From Candidatus Methanosuratincola sp. (lineage in GTDB: Archaea > Thermoproteota > Methanomethylicia > Methanomethylicales > Methanomethylicaceae), in NCBI GenBank assembly GCA_037478935.1, contig JBBFLR010000006.1, forward strand, positions 2,865 through 66,864: a stretch of DNA of 64,000 nucleotides, in the 5' to 3' direction. This document shows, piece by piece, positions 19,825 to 28,789 of this stretch (position 1 is the first letter of the stretch; every line of letters starts with the position of its first letter). The position numbers and the translations under genes were made by a program. The notes beneath the pieces are model-generated. The model was not told the DNA's origin and made no database searches. It worked only from the letters and a program-made list of their open reading frames with translations.

Positions 19825-21004
19825 GCGCCAGCGGAACCTCCAGCGTTCTGTCCTTGAGAGGCCCCAGTTCTTCGTCCCCTATCCTTACACGAGGCGCCTC
19901 TTTAACATATATCCTTATACTGCCATGCCTGAATGCAACAGCCTCCTTCAGCGGGTCGAAACTGTCGATGCCGCTGTAATCCACACGGAGGGTCCTGAGG
20001 CCTGACTTTCCGTGGAGGCTGTTGGGGCACCTTATCAGCCTCTTCGAGTCGATTGTGACCCTCTCGTCTATGTTGCAGATGAGGTCCTTGATCGAGGCCA
20101 GTGTAATCTTCTCGAGGCTCTCCAGCGTGTATCCCTTAAGGCCCCCCCAGTAGGGCGGGTCGGATTCTATATTCTTCAGGAACCGCTCCTTGTTATCGAA
20201 GAGGCTCTTTGCCACGCCCGGGGCTACTACCTTTTTCAGGTCCTCGAGCGAAGCCCTGTTCACGAACTCGTAGACCGCCCTAGCAATCCTCCCCCTCCAG
20301 CCCCCGTCCTTCATGTCCGGACCTATGAGGACTTCTTTTTTGATCTCCCTGAATCCGTGCGACCTTATGTCGAGCCCGATTCCCCTGACGTAGTCTGCAA
20401 TCTCCCTTCTCCCGTCCCCTGAAAGCATGCGGAGCGCCTCGCTCCTCACATGTATGTGATACCCCCTGTGACCGGAGAAGAATACCTCGAAATCCGAATC
20501 CGCGACCCCAAAGTCCGGGACGAGGTACTCGTCGATGATCCTTATCACCTCCTTCTTTGCGGCCTCCAAGCAGTCTTCGCAGATCCAAGTCCGTGTGTCG
20601 ATCTTCTTCATCCTGCAGCGCGGGCAGCTCTCGGGGGGGAATCCTGCCCCTTCCTGACCGCACTCCATGCAATGCCAAACGTCATGCCTTACCTTGCACT
20701 CCGTCCTTATGTGGTCCGAATCAACGTCGAAGACAAGATCCGCGCCGTTCCATCCCTTTCCATTCATGTCCGCCGCTTCGGGCGTCTTGTAATATGCCGA
20801 GGAGTGATAAATATGAGCAGGCGTGTTCTCAACGACATAATCCTTCAGTGTTTTTGGTTCGAGGAACTTCATGTGCCTGATCATGACCTCGCCACCAAAC
20901 TGCAGGAATGCAAACTCCCTCTGCTGCATGTCCGGTACCGCGAGATCCTCTGCCGCCAGTCCTGAATAGTACTTGCTAAACTCCTTTCTTACGATCTCGT
21001 GCAC
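19781..21004 (-). CDS. priS: DNA primase small (catalytic) subunit PriS
   Basis: REFAFLQFGG...HIYHSSAYY...ADLVFDVDSDHI (catalytic Asp triad context), a zinc knuckle CMECG...CPRC, and FSGHRGYHIHV. Confidence 0.9.
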   Translation of the reverse strand: MHEIVRKEFSKYYSGLAAEDLAVPDMQQREFAFLQFGGEVMIRHMKFLEPKTLKDYVVENTPAHIYHSSAYYKTPEAADMNGKGWNGADLVFDVDSDHIRTECKVRHDVWHCMECGQEGAGFPPESCPRCRMKKIDTRTWICEDCLEAAKKEVIRIIDEYLVPDFGVADSDFEVFFSGHRGYHIHVRSEALRMLSGDGRREIADYVRGIGLDIRSHGFREIKKEVLIGPDMKDGGWRGRIARAVYEFVNRASLEDLKKVVAPGVAKSLFDNKERFLKNIESDPPYWGGLKGYTLESLEKITLASIKDLICNIDERVTIDSKRLIRCPNSLHGKSGLRTLRVDYSGIDSFDPLKEAVAFRHGSIRIYVKEAPRVRIGDEELGPLKDRTLEVPLALGLYLICRGAAEPR

Positions 21005-22058
21005 CAGTCTTCCCTCCTGGGGCGCTCATGCTCTTGAGCCTTTTCCTGTAGTAGCTGAGAGGGTGCTTGACACTTCTGCAGTATTCGTCCATGCCGACGC
21101 ACAGTCCGAAGGACCTGAGCACGTCGCATTTCGGAGGATGGTACTTTGTCCTTGACCCGATCTTCCCTGCTATGTGCTCGATCTGGTACTTGGCCTTTCC
21201 CTCATCAAAATCTGCGACATTGCCGAAAATCTTCAGAACTTCATCGACACTCTCGCCAACATTTACCATGAACGTGGTAAGCGCGAATCTAGCCATGTGA
21301 GAGAGGCTTTTCCCAGCCCTGACGTCCTCCATTATTGCGACTATGCAAGGCGGTCTGGCATCGCTGACAAGGCCCTGGGGCAGTTCCTCGACAAACTGCA
21401 TATTCTCCTGCGCATACCTCAGTATTTCGTCCAGGTGGGGCGCGAGTACCTGCGGCAGACGAAAGTTCTGCAGGTCCCTATCAGAAGACCTCCTGATGAT
21501 CTTTGCCTTGAAGCCCTCGGAAATGAGCCGGGCAAGGCTCCCAGAGTTGAGGAAGACGCGCCCCCCCTTTACGTACCTGTTGACCAGCTTCCAGTGGGCG
21601 TCGTTGAAGCCGGTAGCCGCCTCAAGGTATGACTGCATAGGGATGCTGAAGGGGAGGTCTTCGTATTCGAGCTTCAGGTTGGCACGTTCGATCTCCCAGG
21701 AAAAACCGGACTTTGCGACCTCTAAAATCTTGTCCCCTGGCTCTCTCCTCAGCTCCTCCTCAACCCGTTTGGCCTCAATCGTGGCGAACCTGTTAAGAAG
21801 CCAGTTGGACTTGCTGCCGTAGACAAGTGCAAGTGAGAGGGGGTACGAAAGTATCTCAGAGTCGGGATCCGAAAGATCGACCGGTCTGACGGTTTTGTCT
21901 ATGCAGTCCCTTATCCTGCTCAGCGCTTTGCGGAGGATGCCCGAATAATCCCCGGCCGCAAGGTCGCTGAGGTTCAGCTGCATACTCTCTATATACGCTG
22001 CTGATTGTTTAAGAAATGGGTATTTGGCAAGGTCTTCCTTGGTCAGCATCAAGCTCAT
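20976..22058 (-). CDS. priL: DNA primase large subunit PriL
   Basis: 360 aa immediately upstream of priS and overlapping it. The C-terminal region has conserved Cys residues (PPCIVAIM..., PPKCDVLRSFGLCVGMDEYC), consistent with the PriL Fe-S domain. Confidence 0.8.
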   Translation of the reverse strand: MSLMLTKEDLAKYPFLKQSAAYIESMQLNLSDLAAGDYSGILRKALSRIRDCIDKTVRPVDLSDPDSEILSYPLSLALVYGSKSNWLLNRFATIEAKRVEEELRREPGDKILEVAKSGFSWEIERANLKLEYEDLPFSIPMQSYLEAATGFNDAHWKLVNRYVKGGRVFLNSGSLARLISEGFKAKIIRRSSDRDLQNFRLPQVLAPHLDEILRYAQENMQFVEELPQGLVSDARPPCIVAIMEDVRAGKSLSHMARFALTTFMVNVGESVDEVLKIFGNVADFDEGKAKYQIEHIAGKIGSRTKYHPPKCDVLRSFGLCVGMDEYCRSVKHPLSYYRKRLKSMSAPGGKTGARDRKKGV

Positions 22059-22071
22059 CTGTTCTCTCTGG

Positions 22072-22824
22072 CTACTCCGATTCCATCCTCGGGGCCAGGT
22101 AGTAGACTATCTTGCCTCCGCTGGAGAGGTTGAAGTCCAGCCTCAGCGGCATGTCTTTGGAGAACATGATAGCCACGATCTCCGCGAGCGATGCTGCCGT
22201 CATCATCTTGCTGAGGTAGTTCAGGCTGTACAGGGCCTGAGACGGTTCCTTGACCTCAACGGACAGCAGCTCTCCGCTCTCCTTGGTGATCACGATCTCC
22301 ACCTCTCCCCTGTCTCCGCTCGCGGTAATCTTCATCTGGCCGTCTTCGACCGCGATCCGGACAAAATCGCTCACAACTTCAGCATCCTTGATGGCCTCGG
22401 TGATGGTTGAGGCGGGTGCCTTTACGGTCACATTGAATGGGATGCGTGGTACCGAGAGTTCCTCCTTGCCGGTGTCAAGAAGCGGCATTGAGAATGTCCT
22501 CGCGGTCTTGCCCTTAAGCCTCATCTTGAGCCTTGCCTCGTCCTCGCCCTTCTCGATCTCCAGCTTCTCGTTCGCTCCGGCCCTTCTCATCACATTCTTC
22601 ATGTCCTCAAAATTGACGCCTATCGGAACCTCCTTGGTGCAGTCGTAGCTCTCAAATGCCCCCTTCGGGAGATCCAAGTCGACCATTGCCACCCTAGACG
22701 GATCCATGGCCCTCAGCTTTATCCCTGAAGGGTCTGCAACGAAGACCCCCTCGTCAACAAGGGTGGAGACCGACTCGATTATACTCTTCCAGATCCTGCT
22801 GTCGGCGAGAACTGCTTTAAACAC
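22072..22824 (-). CDS. pcn: DNA polymerase sliding clamp PCNA
   Basis: MFKAVLADSRIWKSIIESVSTLVDEGVFVADPSGIKLRAMDPSRVAMVDLDLP is a typical PCNA N-terminus. 250 aa. Confidence 0.93.
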   Translation of the reverse strand: MFKAVLADSRIWKSIIESVSTLVDEGVFVADPSGIKLRAMDPSRVAMVDLDLPKGAFESYDCTKEVPIGVNFEDMKNVMRRAGANEKLEIEKGEDEARLKMRLKGKTARTFSMPLLDTGKEELSVPRIPFNVTVKAPASTITEAIKDAEVVSDFVRIAVEDGQMKITASGDRGEVEIVITKESGELLSVEVKEPSQALYSLNYLSKMMTAASLAEIVAIMFSKDMPLRLDFNLSSGGKIVYYLAPRMESE

Positions 22825-22943
22825 ATACGTCCCTCCAGCTCAACCTATAATCTGTCTTAATACTTAAGAACTGCTGTCCGTGGACTGCCTGGGCTTCAGG
22901 GACGGGATCAGGGGTCAGCTTGGTCGGGTCTCCGCTGAATCCA

Positions 22944-23273
22944 TCACTCATATTCGCGCCATGTCGCCCCGCACTTTGTGCAGCGGTAGAAGCGCGTCGA
23001 CGGTTCGTCTGCGCTCCTCGTCTGCATCATCCAGTAGTAGGCCTCGATGTTGCCGCACTTTTTGCACTCTGCCTTCGTGATCGGGAGCGTCCTCTCCTTG
23101 CTCGGGTCATTGTCCTTAACAATCACTGTCTCCACCTTCCTCTCTATGACTTCGACGAATCTCTGCCCGCTCTCGACACCGATGCTCTTCTCGAACTTGC
23201 ACTTCCTGCAGACGAGCACCTTCCTCTTCCTGTCTTCAAGAAGTATGCAGTTGCAGTTAGGACAGAACTCCAA
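22944..23273 (-). CDS. tfs: Transcription factor S (TFS / RpoM-like)
   Basis: N-terminal zinc ribbon FCPNC...CRKC and C-terminal TFIIS-type ribbon CKKCG...QTRSADEPSTRFYRCTKCG. Confidence 0.93.
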   Translation of the reverse strand: MEFCPNCNCILLEDRKRKVLVCRKCKFEKSIGVESGQRFVEVIERKVETVIVKDNDPSKERTLPITKAECKKCGNIEAYYWMMQTRSADEPSTRFYRCTKCGATWREYE

Positions 23274-23334
23274 CGTTAACCCCCACCCAAAATCAAAGTC
23301 TCCTGATTTAATACTTTTGGGTATCCGCCACTGC

Positions 23335-23676
23335 TTAACGCCTCTTGTCCCTCTGGTACTCCCTCAGCCCTTCCATAATCGCCGAAACCTGATTCAAGTT
23401 CCTTGCTGGCAGTTCCCCCCTCGGGATCCCGTGCCTCGCGAGCCAATCCTCAAGCTCTGAAATGCCCTGCAGCGCAGAGAGGCCTTCGCCTATAACAAAT
23501 GCCTTTATCTCCTCGGTGTATCCTGATGATCTGAGCCATCCGATAAGCCCCTCTGCATCCTTGGCTTCGCAGGAAGTAATGGTGTCTATCCATCCTCCCC
23601 TGAATATTACGATCAGAATCCTGCCCATGCCCGGGACAGCGTCCACATACGCTGTCCTGGTTTCCCTCTTTACCAA
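23335..23676 (-). CDS. Conserved hypothetical protein
   Basis: 113-aa ORF with protein-like composition. Its start overlaps the upstream gene's stop by 7 nt. No family recognised. Confidence 0.5.
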   Translation of the reverse strand: MVKRETRTAYVDAVPGMGRILIVIFRGGWIDTITSCEAKDAEGLIGWLRSSGYTEEIKAFVIGEGLSALQGISELEDWLARHGIPRGELPARNLNQVSAIMEGLREYQRDKRR

Positions 23677-24170
23677 TTCTCCACGCCCCCTTTTACCGGG
23701 CCGCAGACCCTCCTTATGGCGGTCAAAAATAGCGCCGAGAATGCCTTGGCTGCAGCCTCCTCCTCCTCGCGCCTGCTCTCACAGGTCACGCCCCTGAGCG
23801 AAGCCTCGAGTACGCACACCGCCTCTTCGAAAGTAAGGAGGTTCTTAGTCCACGCATATGCCAGCACGCCCTCCACAATGTCCCCCCTCTCTCCGTGGTT
23901 GAGCCTAGTCGGTACTTTCACTCCTGACAGTGAGAGTGACCTTGAGAGGATCTTGTCCGGAACTTTGCCTCCGAACGGTTTGCCAGATGACCTGGACTTG
24001 GCAGAGGAATAGATGAAGTTTACGAATGAGTCCCCGAGTCTGGAGAGCCCCTTGTCCTTAGAGAGCGCTTGGATCGTCCCGTAGACATCCGAGACCGGGG
24101 CATCTCCCAAAATTTTCACCGCAAGAACCGCATAATCGTCGCCCTCCAAAAATACCTTATGGGCGAACAA
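23670..24170 (-). CDS. Conserved hypothetical protein, possible RNase III-like helical fold
   Basis: 166 aa downstream of rpoL. LSRLGDSFVNFIYSSA resembles the RNase III / Mini-III signature (LGDxxxxxxxS). The assignment is tentative. Confidence 0.5.
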   Translation of the reverse strand: MFAHKVFLEGDDYAVLAVKILGDAPVSDVYGTIQALSKDKGLSRLGDSFVNFIYSSAKSRSSGKPFGGKVPDKILSRSLSLSGVKVPTRLNHGERGDIVEGVLAYAWTKNLLTFEEAVCVLEASLRGVTCESRREEEEAAAKAFSALFLTAIRRVCGPVKGGVENW

Positions 24171-24231
24171 AAAAGTCCTGATGGGCGCTCGGCAGACTAC
24201 CCGTGCAAAATTCGCCGGCGATTCCTGAGTT

Positions 24232-24507
24232 TCACGTGCTTGACCTTAACTTTTCCTTAAACTCCTCGACTTCCCTGCCCATCCTGCCCAGTGCCTCGGC
24301 TACCGCTTCTCGCGGCGAGACCCCCTCTTCTGTAACCACTACCACCCTTATCCCCCCGGTCAGCGGGTGTATTATGTCGTATCCTGCCTGCTTCACGCCC
24401 TTGACCGAGAGCAGGGTCGCCCTGAGGTAGTTGCCGAGCGTGTGGTCCTCTCCGGGTATCTCGACCTCGAGCCTGTTCTTCCCTTCGCTAATGACTTTGA
24501 CCTCCAT
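24232..24507 (-). CDS. rpoL: DNA-directed RNA polymerase subunit L (Rpb11 homologue)
   Basis: MEVKVISEGKNRLEVEIPGEDHTLGNYLRATLLSVKGVKQAGYDIIHPL is the typical RpoL pattern. Confidence 0.85.
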   Translation of the reverse strand: MEVKVISEGKNRLEVEIPGEDHTLGNYLRATLLSVKGVKQAGYDIIHPLTGGIRVVVVTEEGVSPREAVAEALGRMGREVEEFKEKLRSST

Positions 24508-24514
24508 ACTCTCT

Positions 24515-25072
24515 CTACTCCCTCAGAAGATACAGCCTTGAGATCTTCTTCTTCTCCGATATATTGTCATTGGTGCAGCAGAGCCTCCCTTTCTTAAGCA
24601 CAAGATCCCCGCCACACTTCGTGCAGGTAGCGTATATCACGCCCAGATCATCGTCAACAGTCGATAGCTGGTAGGGGGCCCATCCGGTCGTGACTTTCGC
24701 AAGGATCCTGTCGTTCAGGTTCACGGCGTCGAATATGCTCTTGGTATAATCCTTCGAGACCTGTGAGACGTGTAGCTGCGCTGAGAAGTCTCCTGTGAGC
24801 GGTCTCTTGCCCTTTATCCCCACTATCTTCACGAGCGCGACATCCTCCTTCATGCCGACTACTATCCCCTCGACGGTGTCGCCTACCTCGGGGACGGCGA
24901 CCCTCTTTCTTGGGCTCACGCCGACACTCCGATTCTTAGTGTCAACCTCTAGCTCTCCTGCCGTGCAAGAGAAGATCTTGCCGTCCTCCTCATACGCGCC
25001 GCTCCCCGTCATATACTCCTCGATGACCCCGAGCTTCTCCCCGGGGGTAACTATCTTCTCTGTTTTTGACAT
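24515..25072 (-). CDS. csl4: Exosome complex RNA-binding protein Csl4
   Basis: N-terminal VTPGEKLGVIEEY, an S1 domain (GDTVEGIVVGMKEDVALVKI) and a C-terminal zinc ribbon CTKCGGDL...CC. Confidence 0.85.
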   Translation of the reverse strand: MSKTEKIVTPGEKLGVIEEYMTGSGAYEEDGKIFSCTAGELEVDTKNRSVGVSPRKRVAVPEVGDTVEGIVVGMKEDVALVKIVGIKGKRPLTGDFSAQLHVSQVSKDYTKSIFDAVNLNDRILAKVTTGWAPYQLSTVDDDLGVIYATCTKCGGDLVLKKGRLCCTNDNISEKKKISRLYLLRE

Positions 25073-25763
25073 GTCTTCCCTTCCCTCCCCTCACGATCCT
25101 GAATAGATGAGCCTCAAAGGCATATGATCTCTTTTTATGGAAGTGATAGGTCGGCGAGAGTTTTATCTTTAACGGAATTATCTCATCGACGCGCCCGCCG
25201 CACTCAACCACGAATGCCGATACAAACCCCATCACCGCCTCGCCCCCCTTGTGTATCGAATACACCCTCGGAGCGATCTCGAGGCTCTTGCGGATGAAAG
25301 CCCTGTCAGCGCCCCTGACCCGTACACCAAATGGCGGATTCTGGACGACCACGTCGGCGTCAAGCTCAAGTTGACTGACCTCTGCATTGACAAAGTCTAC
25401 GACGGGGGCCAAAGCCAGCATCCGACAAGCCTCCCTTGCCTTAAGGATCGATCCGGCGTCAATGTCGACACCGACGACGTAATCCGCCCCCATAAGCGCA
25501 GCCCCTGCGGTGAGCATCCCTGTCCCGCAACCAAGGTCGACGATCCGCTTCCCCTGTATGTCCCGGTGCCTCATCTCGATGTACCATATGACCTCTGCGG
25601 CAAGCTGCGCCGGAAGCCTGTACTGCTCGTAGCCAATCTTCGGACCCTCGAACTCCCTGACCGTCTCGAGAAGGATCTCGAGCTCCCTCTTCGACCTAAC
25701 GGGCTGGCGCCCCCCGGGCATGCTGTATGAAGGATCCGCCATTCCGATCTTCCGACCAATCAT
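24990..25763 (-). CDS. Putative RNA N6-adenine methyltransferase (METTL5-like, COG2263 family)
   Basis: LEILLETV..FEGPKIGYEQYRLPAQLAAEV, the SAM motif VDLGCGTGMLTAGAALMGA, and the catalytic NPPFG. The start overlaps the dph2 stop as a 4-nt ATGA. The 3' tail overlaps csl4 by 83 nt. Confidence 0.75.
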   Translation of the reverse strand: MIGRKIGMADPSYSMPGGRQPVRSKRELEILLETVREFEGPKIGYEQYRLPAQLAAEVIWYIEMRHRDIQGKRIVDLGCGTGMLTAGAALMGADYVVGVDIDAGSILKAREACRMLALAPVVDFVNAEVSQLELDADVVVQNPPFGVRVRGADRAFIRKSLEIAPRVYSIHKGGEAVMGFVSAFVVECGGRVDEIIPLKIKLSPTYHFHKKRSYAFEAHLFRIVRGGKGRHVKNREDSYPRGEARGHRGVYDGERRV

Positions 25764-26725
25764 TTATCGCGGGGCTTTATTATCTCGAGCATCTTCCAGG
25801 CCTCGGCCTCGTTCAGGAATGGCCTGTTCGGGCCTTGGTGCGAGTCCGTCGCGATCCTCGGGCATCCGGTGATAATGAACGACTCAATGAACGGGAAGGC
25901 CGAAAGCCTCTCGGGGGTGACCTCGTCCCCCACGAGAAGGTGCGCTTCTCTGCCAGCCTCCCTGAGTTCTGCCGCAATTTTCTCGGCAGAGTGGATGCTG
26001 AACTGCCCGGGTTTTGTAACCACGATGACCCCGAAGCGCCTGGACTTGGCAGCCTCCATTATCGCCCACCAGCGCTGCGAAAGAGTCTTTTTCATGATCT
26101 CGGCGGTTCCCCTCACCTCGTTCCTATAGGGATCCGCTACAAAAACCTCCTTCTCCACATCCATCGCCACGCCGAGAGGGTGGAAATCTCCCCCTCCTAT
26201 GAAGAGGAACGCGTCCACCTCACTCTCAATCCTCTTAGCGCCGCCGGTCCGGCAACCGAGGACGAGCCCGCCCGTCTGCCTGTCGACCACTGGCACCAGC
26301 CCCGCCGCGTCCAGCGCCCTGGCGAACTCTCCCACGTAATCGATGTGCTGGACGTTCGCGAGAACCCCGACCCTCGTTAACCCCCTCCTCCTCAGTTCGG
26401 TCGCCGCACTGCTGGCAAGCTCCTTGACATCGACCACGTGAGGGGCAGGGAGGTACAATGTCTGGATCTTTTCTTCCCCCTCGATGAACTTCCTGTGTCC
26501 TATGTGGATCACCATGTCGGCACCGATCATCAAAGCCCTGCCGTCCTCCAAATCGCAGCCACCGTAGCAGGGATTTATCGAGACGTAGACTTCGCAGACC
26601 TCTGATAGCTTGGAGACGAGCTCCGCAAGGAACTGCTTCAACCCATCGGGGGCCTGGACAAAAACCCTCTTCGCTCCCCTCTTGGCTACCTCTCTGGCTG
26701 CCTTCTCAATTTCAAAATCGTACAC
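25760..26725 (-). CDS. dph2: Diphthamide synthesis protein Dph2 (2-(3-amino-3-carboxypropyl)histidine synthase)
   Basis: YDFEIEKAAREVAKRGAKRVFVQAPDGLK plus conserved Cys residues. The GTG at 26725, preceded by GGGGTGAG, is preferred because the longer ORF (to 26842) overlaps the rpl10e 3' end. Confidence 0.8.
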   Translation of the reverse strand: MYDFEIEKAAREVAKRGAKRVFVQAPDGLKQFLAELVSKLSEVCEVYVSINPCYGGCDLEDGRALMIGADMVIHIGHRKFIEGEEKIQTLYLPAPHVVDVKELASSAATELRRRGLTRVGVLANVQHIDYVGEFARALDAAGLVPVVDRQTGGLVLGCRTGGAKRIESEVDAFLFIGGGDFHPLGVAMDVEKEVFVADPYRNEVRGTAEIMKKTLSQRWWAIMEAAKSRRFGVIVVTKPGQFSIHSAEKIAAELREAGREAHLLVGDEVTPERLSAFPFIESFIITGCPRIATDSHQGPNRPFLNEAEAWKMLEIIKPRDK

Positions 26726-26798
26726 TCTCTCACCCCTCAAAAAACAGGGAGCGGCATTACGTGAACTTAAAATGGCACAAAGAACGGGTATGTGCCCC

Positions 26799-27299
26799 TC
26801 AGGCCACTTCAACGACCCTGCAGGGCATCGGCATCTTTGCACAGGCTAGCTTCAGAGCCTGCTTCGCCACATCCTTCTTATCTGGAGCAACCCTGATGTC
26901 AATTATGGGCTGCAGCGCCCTGAACCTGGCAGCGGTTCCGGCCGGTTTTCCGAAGGACCTCCTCATCCCGTCCTGAAGCCTGTCCGCCCCTGCAAATGCC
27001 ATCATCTTGTTCTCCCTGAGTACCTGGTGCGGGTATGCCCTGACCTTTAGGTGGAAACCCTTTTCGCCCAGGAGTGTCTGCAGGTGCTTGGTTGCTATCA
27101 CTCTCGCAGCCTCAAGCGCATTGTGTCTGATCTGTCCCGCCTCCAGCGGGATCAGCCTGACAAGTGCCTGGAAGTCGCCATTCGGATCCCCGTAATCGAA
27201 CTTGGTGATCTTCGATCCAGGGACGCCCCTGATATACTCCTTTCTGGTGTAAGCCGGCGTATCGAAATACCGGTAGCAGTGTGCCGGTCTCTCTGGCAT
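26799..27299 (-). CDS. rpl10e: 50S ribosomal protein L10e (uL16)
   Basis: MPERPAHCYRYFDTPAYTRKEYIRGVPGSKITKFDYG is the canonical L10e N-terminus. Confidence 0.93.
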   Translation of the reverse strand: MPERPAHCYRYFDTPAYTRKEYIRGVPGSKITKFDYGDPNGDFQALVRLIPLEAGQIRHNALEAARVIATKHLQTLLGEKGFHLKVRAYPHQVLRENKMMAFAGADRLQDGMRRSFGKPAGTAARFRALQPIIDIRVAPDKKDVAKQALKLACAKMPMPCRVVEVA

Positions 27300-27346
27300 G
27301 ATTATTCCTCCGAACACTTCCAAATGGAAGTGAAATCCTTAGTATT

Positions 27347-27949
27347 TTAGCTTTTCCATACCTCCTTTGGGCCGCGCCCCCTCCTCTTCATCCTGATCAC
27401 AGCGAGGCTCTCGAAATCGAAATCCCTGCGCCCTGTTACCTCGGCGTCAAGCCCTTCTGAACGTGCCCTCTCCACGCTTTCCTCTATCCCGTTGAGGCTC
27501 GACTGGAGCATGTATGCCCTCCCCCCGGGGCTCAGGAAATCTCCGACCTCCGAGATGAACCTGTCTATGACTGACCTGCCTCTCGCCCCGCCGCTCCACG
27601 ATATGTCGAACGGGGCGCCCTCCCCGTCAGGGAGATAGGGGGGGTTCATTATTATCAGGTCGAACTCGCCGCGGATCGGCGAGAATAGATCGCCGACGAC
27701 CACATCGGCATCCATCCCGTTCTTCCTGTAGTTGAAGAGCGTGTTCATCGCAGCGAGGGGATTCAGGTCAACCGCGACCATGTGCCCCACACCGCTGGCC
27801 ACGCTCAGCCCGACGGTGCCCGTGCCGGAGCAGAGCTCGAGCCCCCTGGCTGCCCTCTCGCCCCTCACCGCGTCCATAAGCATGAATGTATCCTCTGAGG
27901 GGGGATACACCCCATCAAAGACTTGGATCTCGAGCCCTCTGATCTTCAC
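27347..27949 (-). CDS. HemK-related N5-glutamine methyltransferase (Mtq2/PrmC-like)
   Basis: VYPPSEDTFML, the SAM motif LELCSGTGTVG, and the catalytic NPPY (IIMNPPYLP). Confidence 0.75.
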   Translation of the reverse strand: MKIRGLEIQVFDGVYPPSEDTFMLMDAVRGERAARGLELCSGTGTVGLSVASGVGHMVAVDLNPLAAMNTLFNYRKNGMDADVVVGDLFSPIRGEFDLIIMNPPYLPDGEGAPFDISWSGGARGRSVIDRFISEVGDFLSPGGRAYMLQSSLNGIEESVERARSEGLDAEVTGRRDFDFESLAVIRMKRRGRGPKEVWKS

Positions 27950-28787
27950 CGCCGTCCACCACCCGTCTTGAAAAGGCCCTGCTGACCTCCAGGAACTCCC
28001 CCGGGCTTAGCTCGAAGACCCTCTTCTCTAGCAGAGCGTGCCTGATCTCACCCTCGAGCGCCTCCCTGCCGATCCCCTTTGCCTTAGAGAACGTCTCCAA
28101 GGCTTTTCTCAGAGTCCTCCTCCTCTGCGAGAAGAGGAATTTCAGCGTCGCATCGAGCACCACCCACTCTGCCACCGCGGGGGCTTCCGTCTTTTTCTTT
28201 TTTATGGTCACTACTGTGCTGTTGACACTCGGTGCGGGGTAAAAAGACTCCGGAGGGAAGTCCGCGACCGCCATTACCTCGGCTAGGAGCGATACAGCCA
28301 CGCTCAGCCTGGAGTAGTCAGGGTCAGACGGCTTTGCCCGAAGCCTATCCGCGACCTCCCTCTGGTAAGTGAACGCTCCAAACCTAAAACCCCTGTCCGA
28401 GAGGAGCTTGAAGGTTATCGGTGTGGATATCGAGTACGGCAGGTTTGAGACCACCTTGTCTACCTCGGGGATCCCGATCCGCAAGATATCTGCCTGAACG
28501 ATCTCGACGTTCGAACCCGCGAATTTACGCATTAGATACCTGGCGGACGCAGGATCCTTCTCGACTGCCACAACCTTCCCTGCCCTTTTGCTGATCTCCT
28601 CCGTCACCGTGCCGACACCGGGTCCGATCTCGAGCACGGTCTCGTTTTCGGAGATCCTTGCGGAATCAACCAGGCACCTGATGAGTCCAGGATCCACTAC
28701 GTAGTTCTGTCCTTGGGCCTTGCGCGGTCTGATGCCCGCCTCCTCCAACGCCCTCTTTGTGAGGGCGAGAAGCGAACGGTCAATCAA
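27915..28787 (-). CDS. rsmA: 16S rRNA (adenine1518/1519-N6)-dimethyltransferase KsgA/Dim1
   Basis: KAQGQNYVVDPGLI, VLEIGPGVGTVTEEI and VVSNLPYSISTP. The TTG at 28787, 3 nt after the upstream stop, is preferred over the longer ORF start at 28964. Confidence 0.85.
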   Translation of the reverse strand: MIDRSLLALTKRALEEAGIRPRKAQGQNYVVDPGLIRCLVDSARISENETVLEIGPGVGTVTEEISKRAGKVVAVEKDPASARYLMRKFAGSNVEIVQADILRIGIPEVDKVVSNLPYSISTPITFKLLSDRGFRFGAFTYQREVADRLRAKPSDPDYSRLSVAVSLLAEVMAVADFPPESFYPAPSVNSTVVTIKKKKTEAPAVAEWVVLDATLKFLFSQRRRTLRKALETFSKAKGIGREALEGEIRHALLEKRVFELSPGEFLEVSRAFSRRVVDGGEDQRARDPSL

Positions 28788-28789
28788 GA

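Noticed and set aside
22825-22946. Possible C/D-box sRNA between tfs and pcn (minus strand GUGAUGGA ... CUGA ... CUGA)
   Set aside because: The C-box-like element overlaps the tfs stop codon and is imperfect. Spacing between the box-like elements (about 21 nt) does not fit the 12-nt guide architecture. No terminal stem or C' box is present.
24990-25072. 83-nt overlap between the METTL5-like methylase 3' end and the csl4 start, considered as a frameshift or mis-assembly
   Set aside because: Both genes are complete with all motifs upstream and downstream of the overlap. The methylase simply runs on into a basic tail after its conserved core. There is no evidence of disruption.
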